Below, piece by piece: positions 1 to 8,179 of a stretch of 64,000 nucleotides of DNA. The stretch comes from an uncultured virus (IMG/VR IMGVR_UViG_3300021365_000007) (lineage: Duplodnaviria; Heunggongvirae; Uroviricota; Caudoviricetes), in IMG/VR virus record IMGVR_UViG_3300021365_000007; one strand, written 5' to 3'. The notes beneath the pieces were generated by a model, which was not told where the DNA came from, searched no databases, and saw only the letters and a program-made list of their open reading frames with translations. A program made the translations under genes and the position numbers. Numbering within the stretch: position 1 is the stretch's first letter; each line of letters begins with the position of its first letter.

Positions 1-981
1 TTTCTTTTCCAAGTTCTTGATGACATCTTTTGCTGTTTCTATTCCATGATCTTTAACTAAGTCCGATATATCCTTACTCTTATAGTGAGAAGGTATCTTC
101 AAATTAGTTAGATCATACTTACTGCAGATCTTTGCAGCCATAGTTTGTCCAGGATTAGAAACCTTCTCAAAGTCGTTGTCGTAAAAGACTATTACTTTTT
201 TGAAGCGCGTTTTGATTTCTTCAATGGTTTCTTTACTTGGCACAAGCATTTCTGACTGAAGAGCAAAGGATGAATAACCAAGATTCGCCAAACACATAAC
301 ATCCTTGAGGGAACTTGTGAGAAATACTTTATCACCAATTTTAGGAAGTTGCCAATAACCTTGAAGGCATTGCGCACCCACGTTAGAGCTCCACTTAAAA
401 TCGCTTTCAAGCGGACGGTAAATCTTATAACCGCAGTCAAAGCGGTAACGATAGCTGATACTATTACACGAAAAACGTTTTTCATTTATCCAATAATGAG
501 TTATAGGTTTAACGTCAAATATACACAATAATTTCTTACTAATGTAAAATTGTTTCCAGTAATCAGCATCTTCCTTATTCCAAGGTCTTAATCTAACCTT
601 TATTTGTGCTCTTGTTTTCTCTTGTATTTTAGGGTCCACCTTTTGTACAGTCCCTGTAGAACGTACACCAGCAGACAACCCAAGACTAAAACTTCGATCA
701 ACGTGTATAAGTGATTCATTATAATTTAAATTGTATTTGTAACTAATATAACCAAAACAATCAAAGCTATGTTCAGGACACCCAAAATCTTTGTATCTAA
801 GTCTACCATTAAGCAGAGATATAGATACAGTGGGGTTGTTATCTTTACGTAGATCGCTTTTAAACCTTTTACTGGGGTCTTCAAAGTATGCACAATAATA
901 TTTAAATATCTGATACTCAGATACTTTATTAAGTATAGTGTCTTTAGTTAAGCTATCTTCGCTGTGTCTTGTATGTATCAT
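1..981 (-). CDS. dnaG: DNA primase (crAss-type TOPRIM), 3' end runs off the window
   Basis: Hand translation from ATG at 981 is open to base 1 (327 codons): MIHTRHSEDSLTKDTILNKVSEYQIF...YKDFG...YKIYRP...LTSSLKDVMCL...FYDND...KDISD. It has the TOPRIM DxD motif. Absent from the ORF track because no stop falls in the window. Confidence 0.9.
   Translation of the reverse strand, partial: MIHTRHSEDSLTKDTILNKVSEYQIFKYYCAYFEDPSKRFKSDLRKDNNPTVSISLLNGRLRYKDFGCPEHSFDCFGYISYKYNLNYNESLIHVDRSFSLGLSAGVRSTGTVQKVDPKIQEKTRAQIKVRLRPWNKEDADYWKQFYISKKLLCIFDVKPITHYWINEKRFSCNSISYRYRFDCGYKIYRPLESDFKWSSNVGAQCLQGYWQLPKIGDKVFLTSSLKDVMCLANLGYSSFALQSEMLVPSKETIEEIKTRFKKVIVFYDNDFEKVSNPGQTMAAKICSKYDLTNLKIPSHYKSKDISDLVKDHGIETAKDVIKNLEKK
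192..485 (-). CDS. Candidate overprinted amphipathic/basic protein in the +1 frame of primase
   Basis: 97-codon ORF with strong hydrophobic/basic helical periodicity, 30 nt downstream of a TATATTTG box. Confidence 0.4.
   Translation of the reverse strand: MKNVFRVIVSAIVTALTAVIRFTVRLKAILSGALTWVRNAFKVIGNFLKLVIKYFSQVPSRMLCVWRILVIHPLLFSQKCLCQVKKPLKKSKRASKK
516..548 (-). promoter_or_regulatory. Bacteroidota sigma-A-type promoter inside primase
   Basis: Minus-strand TATATTTG (523-516) with TTTA 21 nt upstream (548-545); consensus is TTTG-N19-21-TAnnTTTG. Confidence 0.55.
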
Positions 982-984
982 GGT

Positions 985-1048
985 AAATAAAAAGGAAGGG
1001 GGAGGCTTTTATTGGTATTGTTGAGACATTTACCTCCCCACAACCTCT
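985..1048 (-). terminator. Terminator-like hairpin with a large loop between the SSB-like gene and primase
   Basis: GGGGAGG/CCTCCCC stem (999-1005/1033-1039) with a 27-nt loop, followed on the minus strand by a U-rich tract. Confidence 0.5.
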
Positions 1049-1056
1049 ATTATTTA

Positions 1057-1824
1057 TTACAACCAATCGTTGTCAGCCGCAACAGGTTCAACTGTCTTAA
1101 CTTCTTCAGTAGCTGTTACTACTTCAGGACTGTAGCTTTGAAGTTGTAGATCGCTATTGTACTCAGCATTGAATGAACCATACTCATCATTCAAAGAACG
1201 TACAAAGATATCATCACGCTTAGGCTTAAGACGTCCGAAGCAACGAGTATATACTTGCTGATACTTACCATCTTTTACACCTAGCATAACTCTAAGCTTG
1301 TTATCCTTAAGAGCGCTAACAAGTGACTTTAACTCTTTAACGTCACCTTTAACAATATCATTGATAGTATCAAATGAACACTCACCTTCACCTGGAATAT
1401 TAGCCCATGCCTTTACAAAGGCAATAAGAGCTTCTTCGCCTGGGTATGTACGACGTACACCCTCTTGCTTAAACCAATCTGGTGCAGTGTCAGGCTTCTC
1501 AGCCCAAGTTACTTGACCAAACTTGTTAGTTATCTGAAACTTACCAGTTTTAGATGCAGGGCGATGTTCAGCCCCAACAAGGAGTTCAACACGAGTGCTG
1601 AAGTTATGTTGCTCATTCTTAACCCAGAACACAAGTTTGTTCTTTACACTTTCACCTAGCTGTATGCCAGAATAATTAGGTTCAGTTTTCATGTTAATAC
1701 CTAAAGAATGTAATTCTCCAAGGTTAGGATTAACTGCAATTACAGATACAGGTGCAATACCTGTGAATAGAGGTATACCACCTCCAGTTACTACTTCGTC
1801 AGAAGATTTAGATTGAATAGCCAT
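1057..1824 (-). CDS. Putative single-stranded DNA-binding protein (crAss-like conserved)
   Basis: FTGIAPVSVIAVNP N-terminal motif, acidic tail ending DNDWL, position between the ATPase and primase. Confidence 0.55.
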   Translation of the reverse strand: MAIQSKSSDEVVTGGGIPLFTGIAPVSVIAVNPNLGELHSLGINMKTEPNYSGIQLGESVKNKLVFWVKNEQHNFSTRVELLVGAEHRPASKTGKFQITNKFGQVTWAEKPDTAPDWFKQEGVRRTYPGEEALIAFVKAWANIPGEGECSFDTINDIVKGDVKELKSLVSALKDNKLRVMLGVKDGKYQQVYTRCFGRLKPKRDDIFVRSLNDEYGSFNAEYNSDLQLQSYSPEVVTATEEVKTVEPVAADNDWL

Positions 1825-2207
1825 TAGTCTTGAATTTCAGTTTGGTTATCATTATAAGAATTATAAAAATTATTTTCTGTAGGTTGTATAAACTCAGGAT
1901 TTAAAGCTTCTACTAACTCTACACTAGCTTCATCTTGTTCTACAGGAATACTAGTTTGATTCACATCTACAGTGTCATCAATAAGTTGCACACGCATTAC
2001 TTTTTGCTTTTTTACTCTTATACCCTGCAATTTAGGGTGTGAAAAGATAGCCTTAGCTTCTGCTTGTGTTAAACCATATTTCTTACGTATCTCATTGCGG
2101 TCAATACCGCTGTTAAGATCAGTTAATAATTGGGACACCGTTAAAGTTTTAGGTGTTTCTTCTTGTGCTACCTCTGGGGTAACGTCTACTCTTGCGTCAA
2201 AAGACAT
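1824..2207 (-). CDS. Hypothetical protein, possible HTH, acidic C-terminus
   Basis: 127-aa ORF coupled to its neighbours. Confidence 0.7.
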   Translation of the reverse strand: MSFDARVDVTPEVAQEETPKTLTVSQLLTDLNSGIDRNEIRKKYGLTQAEAKAIFSHPKLQGIRVKKQKVMRVQLIDDTVDVNQTSIPVEQDEASVELVEALNPEFIQPTENNFYNSYNDNQTEIQD

Positions 2208-2218
2208 TTGTTATTTAT

Positions 2219-2917
2219 TTAATCGATGAAAATCTTTGTCCACTCTAATTCAGCATCTAAACCTCTTAGATGCTCACAACGTGAACCTGCTGTGTCGTCG
2301 TTTGTTGAGTCAAACGAAATCTTTGTAGTCTTATCACCCCTATACACATAACCAATAGCGTCAGAGTTTGCACATGCAATCTCACGCAACTTACCAGATA
2401 GTGACAAATCATTAGCCTTAACCTCTTTACCATTTTTAGTTAGGTACTTGTCTTTCAAGTGACCAACAAAAATGACATGTGGAGCCAATTGTGACAGGCG
2501 ATTGAACCACTTCATGAAAGCCCTACGTAGATACAAGTAACCGGCACCGTTGGGCAGTGACAGTACAGACAGTCCTTTGTTATCTTTATCAAAGTTCTTA
2601 CCCATAGGGGTAGCTCTATACAATTGCTTAGCTTCTTCCTCACACCAGACTTCAAGCTGTGTGATGGTGTCAATAGCAATATACTTGTAAGGTTTTCCCT
2701 CGCTCATAATGGCCTTCCCAATCTTAGCAAGCTCAGCGAGAGAGTTTACTTTGATCTTGAGTGCATCGATCATATCTGACCCGTCTTCGAGGTCAATGAT
2801 AAGACACCCCTCAAGTTGTGAGAGAGACGTGGTCTTACCGATCTTCGGTGGACCATATATAATCATGTTTTTAGGGCTTTTACGTGCCGCTTTAATAACT
2901 TTTGTAGGTAATTCCAT
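2219..2917 (-). CDS. AAA/Sak4-like ATPase
   Basis: Walker A GPPKIGKTT, IIDLEDG and Walker B IAIDT. The likely start is MELPTK at 2917, not 3115. Confidence 0.85.
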   Translation of the reverse strand: MELPTKVIKAARKSPKNMIIYGPPKIGKTTSLSQLEGCLIIDLEDGSDMIDALKIKVNSLAELAKIGKAIMSEGKPYKYIAIDTITQLEVWCEEEAKQLYRATPMGKNFDKDNKGLSVLSLPNGAGYLYLRRAFMKWFNRLSQLAPHVIFVGHLKDKYLTKNGKEVKANDLSLSGKLREIACANSDAIGYVYRGDKTTKISFDSTNDDTAGSRCEHLRGLDAELEWTKIFID

Positions 2918-2924
2918 CAAGCTC

Positions 2925-3209
2925 TTATTTTTTACAATTTGTATAGCCTTGAGCTTTACACCTAGCAAACTTAAAACCTCTGTTGTACCCACATCTGTAT
3001 GAGTCCCCACAATCCCAATCAGGAGTAGGTGCCCATGGTGCAGTAGGACACCAAACGTTTTGTCCTTTAATGTCTTTCCATCCTTCACAATGCCCTGTCT
3101 CCCAACCTTCTTCAAAAGCTGTAAGAGTCTCTGACTCAGTAAAGGAAGTAAGTGTTACTCCTGCTACAATACACAGCGTAAATGCTGTAAAATAAAATAC
3201 TTTTTTCAT
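2925..3209 (-). CDS. Small secreted Cys-rich protein
   Basis: MKK plus hydrophobic signal peptide; six Cys in the mature part; A-rich start context. Confidence 0.75.
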   Translation of the reverse strand: MKKVFYFTAFTLCIVAGVTLTSFTESETLTAFEEGWETGHCEGWKDIKGQNVWCPTAPWAPTPDWDCGDSYRCGYNRGFKFARCKAQGYTNCKK

Positions 3210-3211
3210 GT

Positions 3212-3352
3212 TTAGTTTAGTTTATGAAATATATTATAATTTAATTTAAAATAATCGAACCAATGAGCTACTCGTTTTTTAAGAGCAGGCTTGGTAACTG
3301 TTTCTCGTTTCTTTTTTAGAGTCGCTCTTCTACGACTTAGTGTCTCTTTCAT
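3212..3352 (-). CDS. Small basic hypothetical protein (46 aa)
   Basis: Hand translation MKETLSRRRATLKKKRETVTKPALKKRVAHWFDYF...; fills the gap after dnaB. Confidence 0.4.
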   Translation of the reverse strand: MKETLSRRRATLKKKRETVTKPALKKRVAHWFDYFKLNYNIFHKLN

Positions 3353-4295
3353 TAATAGTAAATGTTGATAAATCTGTTTCGAATGGGATCATACCTAGCA
3401 ACCCATCACGGTTCTTCTCTATATGCACTGCCATAAGACCCATAGGATCTTCACCGCAGTATTTGTCAGTAATTCCATACAAGTCATTAGGACGTTGTAG
3501 CATCATAACTACATGTGCATCCTGACCAATAGAATCACCCCCAAATAGATCTGTTAGAAGGGGCTGGTATTGTTGTTTAGCACGGTACTCTTGCTCAATG
3601 TTACGGTTTAGTTGAGACAGAAGAATATTAATAGTCTGCATCCTAGCCTGCATCCACATGCAAGCCTTAGATAAAACATTAAGTCTTTGTAACTCTGTCT
3701 CTGCATTACCGAGAACCAATCGAGAGTGGTCAATCAAATTAATAATAGTAGCAGTAGGAAATTTCATGAATACCTGTTCATTAATGTTCTTTACCTTGTC
3801 CATATCTTGGGGTATAGAACAGAAGTGTATAGGATACTCTTTGTATTTCTGTACTGAATTTACATATTGACTGTATTTTATATCAGATAATTTGTTCTCA
3901 ACAGAGAGTAACTCAGCTGTCTGCATCTTGGTATCTTTACTACCAGCACGCAGTATCTGTTGTTCACCCGGCATCTCAAAGCTCCAATACAAAACAATTA
4001 CTTCTTTATCTGTATTACTATCTAATACATCAAAGATTAATTGATTTGAAAAGGCTGACTTCCCAACACCAGGTCTACCTGCAACTACATACATCTTTTG
4101 AGGCTGTAATCCCCCCATCAAGTTTTTGTTCAGCCTAGCCCATTTAGTAGGGTAAACTAGTCTTTTACCCTCCATACCCTTACGGACATCTTGAATAGAA
4201 CGTTCAACTGATTTAGAAATATGCCGTAGTTGAGGTATATCTGTTATGTTATAGCTGACGCGTGATGCGTCTTTGTTCTTCGGGAGATTGCTCAT
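3330..4295 (-). CDS. dnaB: DnaB-like replicative helicase (C-terminal domain only)
   Basis: Walker A GRPGVGKS, SFEM, LLSQLNR, GGDSIGQDA and KNRDG motifs. Confidence 0.92.
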   Translation of the reverse strand: MSNLPKNKDASRVSYNITDIPQLRHISKSVERSIQDVRKGMEGKRLVYPTKWARLNKNLMGGLQPQKMYVVAGRPGVGKSAFSNQLIFDVLDSNTDKEVIVLYWSFEMPGEQQILRAGSKDTKMQTAELLSVENKLSDIKYSQYVNSVQKYKEYPIHFCSIPQDMDKVKNINEQVFMKFPTATIINLIDHSRLVLGNAETELQRLNVLSKACMWMQARMQTINILLSQLNRNIEQEYRAKQQYQPLLTDLFGGDSIGQDAHVVMMLQRPNDLYGITDKYCGEDPMGLMAVHIEKNRDGLLGMIPFETDLSTFTINERDTKS

Positions 4296-4803
4296 CGTTT
4301 ATATCTTCATATTTCTCCCACGTGTAGTTATTGATCCAAGTAGGTAGCATCTGCATATACCCAAGAGTATCTGTAGACTTCCTTAGTTCTAACTCATTCT
4401 CCAAACACTTAACAATTCTATCGTGTAGTATCTTACTACCGTTTAAAATTCTTTTATACTTTTCCTTAGCTTTAGCATTGGCTTTAGCATGTGCATTTTT
4501 AGCTCTAAGCACACGCATATTGCCTTTGTTATAAACTCTTAGAGGAAAAGAGGAGAGAAGCTCAGACCACAAAGCGTCGAAGGAAGTCTGGAATAAATCC
4601 AGAAATTCCTGTCGTACTATGTGATCTTGCAGCTCCTCCCCTAACTTAACTAAGCCCTTGGTTTGCAAGGCCTCTGTGTTTGGTTTTAGTTCTAACTCTG
4701 TAATTAAATCATAACTTGTGGCGTACAAGAGATACAAATATAAGAAATCATCAGCAGTTATCCCAAACTTTTTTAGAATATCTGTGTTGATACTTACAAT
4801 CAT
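4249..4803 (-). CDS. Hypothetical replication-associated protein
   Basis: 184 aa overlapping the dnaB start; LPTWINNYTWEKY resembles C-termini of phage replication initiators (recalled, not searched). Confidence 0.6.
   Translation of the reverse strand: MIVSINTDILKKFGITADDFLYLYLLYATSYDLITELELKPNTEALQTKGLVKLGEELQDHIVRQEFLDLFQTSFDALWSELLSSFPLRVYNKGNMRVLRAKNAHAKANAKAKEKYKRILNGSKILHDRIVKCLENELELRKSTDTLGYMQMLPTWINNYTWEKYEDINDEQSPEEQRRITRQL
4735..4767 (-). promoter_or_regulatory. Full-consensus Bacteroidota promoter, probably serving dnaB
   Basis: TTTG (4767-4764), 21-nt spacer, TATATTTG (4742-4735). Confidence 0.7.
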
Positions 4804-4808
4804 ACCAA

Positions 4809-5126
4809 TTATTTAAATATTGCCGTTACCTCTCTACCATTTACTTGTATAGTAATATCTTGTGAATCCTTAGTAAGATTCATCAACATTTCTCTAACTC
4901 CTTGATTTGTAGGAGGTTTACTATTAGTAGACTTTGTCTTAGTAACTTTTGGTTTAGACATTTCATAGTATTTACTACGAACACCTGTCCATTTGTAGTT
5001 TTTACCATGTCTTTTCTTCAACATTGTAGCTACTCTAGTAGAAGCATCTTCAATACTTTTACCAGCTTTTCTGTGCATAGTCATTGCTGTAACTATGTCT
5101 TTTTTAATTTCCTTTGTATATTTCAT
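4809..5126 (-). CDS. Basic hypothetical protein, possibly DNA-binding
   Basis: 105 aa, Lys-rich, ATGA overlap with the helicase stop. Confidence 0.7.
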   Translation of the reverse strand: MKYTKEIKKDIVTAMTMHRKAGKSIEDASTRVATMLKKRHGKNYKWTGVRSKYYEMSKPKVTKTKSTNSKPPTNQGVREMLMNLTKDSQDITIQVNGREVTAIFK

Positions 5127-6316
5127 TTTAGGAATAATTTGAGATCTTCACCTCGTTGAACATTTTTTAACTTAGAGACTGCCTTATTAAGCCAAGTCTC
5201 TTCTTGACTGTCTTTCACGTATAGTATATATACACGTCCGACTTTGTCTTCACTTTTACGTAGGAGTCGTCCTACACGTTGAATCAAGGGCAAAGCCTTA
5301 CTTTCCAAGCCTACAATGATCCCAACACCAACGTCAGGGACATTAAAGCCTTGATTCAAAGCCTTAGTAGTACACAGTACACGACATCCCCCATCTCTAA
5401 AACACTCAAGAATATTTTCTCTCTTCTTAGGTGTTTTACCAGAGTGATAGCTTATACCATCTACACATTCAGCGATTTCATCAGCAAAAGCATTACTGCC
5501 ACCAAAAGTGAGAACTTTATCATTCTCGTAGTGATCTATAATAACTTTCGCTTCATCTATTTTGTACGCAGCATGTTGTACAACCTTCTTCCTGCCTCTA
5601 ATGGCATTCATAAATTGTGCAGCCACACCTTTATTACCAGGTATATACCCACTTAGTATACCCTGAGCTTTAGTAAAGGCATCATAACCACCGAGAGCCA
5701 TTTTCATCCTAACAAATAAACTTTGATAGCTGTCGTATTGTTTTTTCTCTTCTGTCGTTAGTTTTACCCCCACACAATAGATCTGATAGTCAGCTACATA
5801 ACCTCTACCCACGGCATCGTCCAAGCTTAGCTTGTACACAGGTGGGGCTAGATTAACTAATATCTGTCTATATTCAGGTTCTTCAGGCACAGTAGCCGTC
5901 ATACATAATAACTTGTTGTATGTATTCTGTTCAAAGAATTCCCTATATACAGGCGATAGCCCTAGGTGTATCTCATCACACAATACCACATGGTAGTGTT
6001 CATCTCTGAGTTTATGAGCAGATTGATAGCACATAATATCTATCAAATCCAAATAATCCTCAAAGCCCCACTTTTTAAACTCCTCTTCAAACTGTGCTTG
6101 AAGCTGAGTAGTAGGTACTAGCACCAAGGCTTTGTTATCGCCTAGTGCATTTTCATTTATAAGTTCTTCTAAAGAGTAACCAACGGCAAGCACACCAATA
6201 CGGGACTTACCAAAGCCAGTCGCTGCAATAATGCTACCTTTAAAGCCTTTACGGGCCCAAGCATTAAGTGCATCTTTCTGAGCTTGGTCTCTAGATGTAG
6301 GTATATCAAGATTCAT
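5123..6316 (-). CDS. Superfamily 2 (DExH) helicase
   Basis: ATGFGKS, VLVPT, DEIH, TAT, GFNVP and QRVGR motifs. Confidence 0.92.
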   Translation of the reverse strand: MNLDIPTSRDQAQKDALNAWARKGFKGSIIAATGFGKSRIGVLAVGYSLEELINENALGDNKALVLVPTTQLQAQFEEEFKKWGFEDYLDLIDIMCYQSAHKLRDEHYHVVLCDEIHLGLSPVYREFFEQNTYNKLLCMTATVPEEPEYRQILVNLAPPVYKLSLDDAVGRGYVADYQIYCVGVKLTTEEKKQYDSYQSLFVRMKMALGGYDAFTKAQGILSGYIPGNKGVAAQFMNAIRGRKKVVQHAAYKIDEAKVIIDHYENDKVLTFGGSNAFADEIAECVDGISYHSGKTPKKRENILECFRDGGCRVLCTTKALNQGFNVPDVGVGIIVGLESKALPLIQRVGRLLRKSEDKVGRVYILYVKDSQEETWLNKAVSKLKNVQRGEDLKLFLK

Positions 6317-6527
6317 CCTCCCAATTTAAAATGTCTTGTTCATACTCATGAAGATCTAAATTTGAATGATTCATAGGTTCAACCTCAACTTTAATTATAC
6401 TAACAGAGGGTTTTTCACCTGGGGTGTAATAATCACCTTCTGACCCGGGATTTATATCATATGTCAACATTACCTTCAACGGTCCTATGTCGGAGTCTAT
6501 CTCTACCTCCCATGTGGATTCTTTCAT
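6306..6527 (-). CDS. Hypothetical protein
   Basis: 73-aa acidic ORF overlapping the next gene; GDYYTPG motif. Confidence 0.65.
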   Translation of the reverse strand: MKESTWEVEIDSDIGPLKVMLTYDINPGSEGDYYTPGEKPSVSIIKVEVEPMNHSNLDLHEYEQDILNWEDES

Positions 6528-6651
6528 GTTCTATTAATTTTATATTTAACTTTACTATTTGTCTTCTTAGATAATTTATCTCATTTCTAAGATTATCTTG
6601 ATTCATTTTAAGACGCTCAAGATCGAACGTCATAGTCGGATCTGTATTCAT
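6457..6651 (-). CDS. Hypothetical coiled-coil protein
   Basis: 64 aa, heptad pattern, A-rich start. Confidence 0.55.
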   Translation of the reverse strand: MNTDPTMTFDLERLKMNQDNLRNEINYLRRQIVKLNIKLIEHERIHMGGRDRLRHRTVEGNVDI

Positions 6652-6676
6652 TTCTTATTTTATTTAATTACATGTG

Positions 6677-7132
6677 CTAAACACTGTTCTTAATTTCATG
6701 CATTCCCATGTTAAGGTTTTCTTCGTGTCCTTCTAAGGCATTTAGAAGAACTCTAGTTTTACGTTGAAGGGTTCGAAACTGGTTTTGTAATATTTCTTCA
6801 TCACGCACACTTTTGTTGATCAAGAAAGTTCCACTGACTGCAGAATATAATCTCCTATATTCCGGCTCCCCCATGTGGATAGGGTGTTGTCTTTCATAAT
6901 ATATTATGCTTGAATGATCTTTGTTTATAACTTTACCTACTTGATAACACGTAAGTCTAAGATGCTCACGCATCACGTTAACTAAAATCTTTCTTGCGTC
7001 TACTAGATGTCTACTTCTCTTAGTAGATAATATCTGCTTGTATGTAATACCGGTAATAGTTTCTACCGATGCTATTACTTGTTCTACATCATTTTGCAGT
7101 TCTACACTTAATTCTTCTGATGCTACACCCAT
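6677..7132 (-). CDS. DnaA domain IV-like HTH DNA-binding protein
   Basis: ILSTKRSRHLVDARKI...LTCYQVGKVINKDHSSIIY resembles the DnaA C-terminal signature (S.KR...ARQ...IG..F.RDH.TV). Confidence 0.75.
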   Translation of the reverse strand: MGVASEELSVELQNDVEQVIASVETITGITYKQILSTKRSRHLVDARKILVNVMREHLRLTCYQVGKVINKDHSSIIYYERQHPIHMGEPEYRRLYSAVSGTFLINKSVRDEEILQNQFRTLQRKTRVLLNALEGHEENLNMGMHEIKNSV

Positions 7133-7167
7133 TATGTTTGGTTTTAATATGTTAATAAATAAGAAGT

Positions 7168-7431
7168 TTATTCTTCAAGCGCTTTCGTTATACTTGATTC
7201 AAGAGCTTCCATTGCATTAGTTATAAACAAACTAAGGCTGTTATCTTTCATTTCTACTGATAAAACTTTATCTAGTTCTTTTTGTAGTCCATTAATATAA
7301 AATCTAAGTTTATGTTTAAACCTGGTATTACTTCCTGTTTCGTCCAATAGTTCTTGTAACAGCATAGATGTTACAAACAGCTTGACCTCAAGCTGGTTTA
7401 TCTTCTTATCATTAATTTGTACGTCAGGCAT
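7168..7431 (-). CDS. Hypothetical protein
   Basis: 87-aa helical ORF in the operon. Confidence 0.7.
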   Translation of the reverse strand: MPDVQINDKKINQLEVKLFVTSMLLQELLDETGSNTRFKHKLRFYINGLQKELDKVLSVEMKDNSLSLFITNAMEALESSITKALEE

Positions 7432-7434
7432 AGC

Positions 7435-7659
7435 TCATATTTTAATAAATGTGTTTGACTTAGTTTTTAACTTTTTAGTAACTTTTATTCTGTCACTTAA
7501 TTTTTTAGAAGTAATGTTAGCCTCTCGCTCTATTACTCCCATAGTAACTTTAAATGCATATGTTACAGCTTTCTGATTAATTGTGTCCACAATTTCATAT
7601 ACATCATCTGCTGATTCAAGCAGCTTTCTCATTTCTGTAACGCCTAGTAATCTTTTCAT
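7435..7659 (-). CDS. Hypothetical protein
   Basis: 74-aa ORF with A-rich start. Confidence 0.65.
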   Translation of the reverse strand: MKRLLGVTEMRKLLESADDVYEIVDTINQKAVTYAFKVTMGVIEREANITSKKLSDRIKVTKKLKTKSNTFIKI

Positions 7660-7684
7660 TGTTTAAATTTTAATATTAATAATA

Positions 7685-7754
7685 GAAAGGAGCCCGTAAT
7701 CAGCTTAATCAGCTAAGCAATAAATGATTAATAAAATTATTACGGACTCCCTTC
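7685..7754 (-). other. Long intergenic RNA hairpin
   Basis: 16-bp stem (two G-U pairs on the minus strand), an internal loop, then a 7-bp UUAAUCA/UGAUUAA upper stem. Confidence 0.7.
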
Positions 7755-7755
7755 A

Positions 7756-7857
7756 CTATTCTTCAGATATAAACTCACAATGCTCTAGGCAATCTGGGCA
7801 TATACCATACTCAGTCATAAAGCACGATGCTCCACAACAGTCACTTACTTCTCCCAT
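7756..7857 (-). CDS. 33-aa Cys-rich (Zn-finger-like) microprotein
   Basis: Hand translation MGEVSDCCGASCFMTEYGICPDCLEHCEFISEE; below the ORF-track cut-off. Confidence 0.7.
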   Translation of the reverse strand: MGEVSDCCGASCFMTEYGICPDCLEHCEFISEE

Positions 7858-7908
7858 GTTTTCTATTTTTTTATTTTCACTTTTGGTTATGCTATTAGGT
7901 GAATTGAT

Positions 7909-8163
7909 TCACTTATTGTATTCTTTAATAAATTTTACTACTGCTTCGTACACTACTTCAATGTTACACGTTAGTAGTGCATCGTTAATAAAGTAATGCT
8001 GTCCATCGCTCGGTTCATCTGTTGTTAAGCATTTTTCTGCTACGGGCATCAACCAATTCCATTCGGTGTGGTACTTTAAATACGAGAAATCTCCTTGTGT
8101 ACCTAAGTCAGGGTACTCCATGTACTCTGCTATAATTCTGTTTTCGTTTGTTAAGTCTTCCAT
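7909..8163 (-). CDS. Hypothetical phage protein
   Basis: 84 aa; NRIIAEYM and YHTEWNWLMPV motifs of a small phage protein family (recalled). Confidence 0.75.
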   Translation of the reverse strand: MEDLTNENRIIAEYMEYPDLGTQGDFSYLKYHTEWNWLMPVAEKCLTTDEPSDGQHYFINDALLTCNIEVVYEAVVKFIKEYNK

Positions 8164-8179
8164 TATTTCTTTTTAGTTT

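Noticed and set aside
2918..3115. N-terminal extension of the ATPase in the ORF track (similarly 11597-11713, 12385-12474, 37820-37966, 45052-45099)
   Set aside because: These overlap better-supported genes or structured RNA; the downstream ATGs have better start context.
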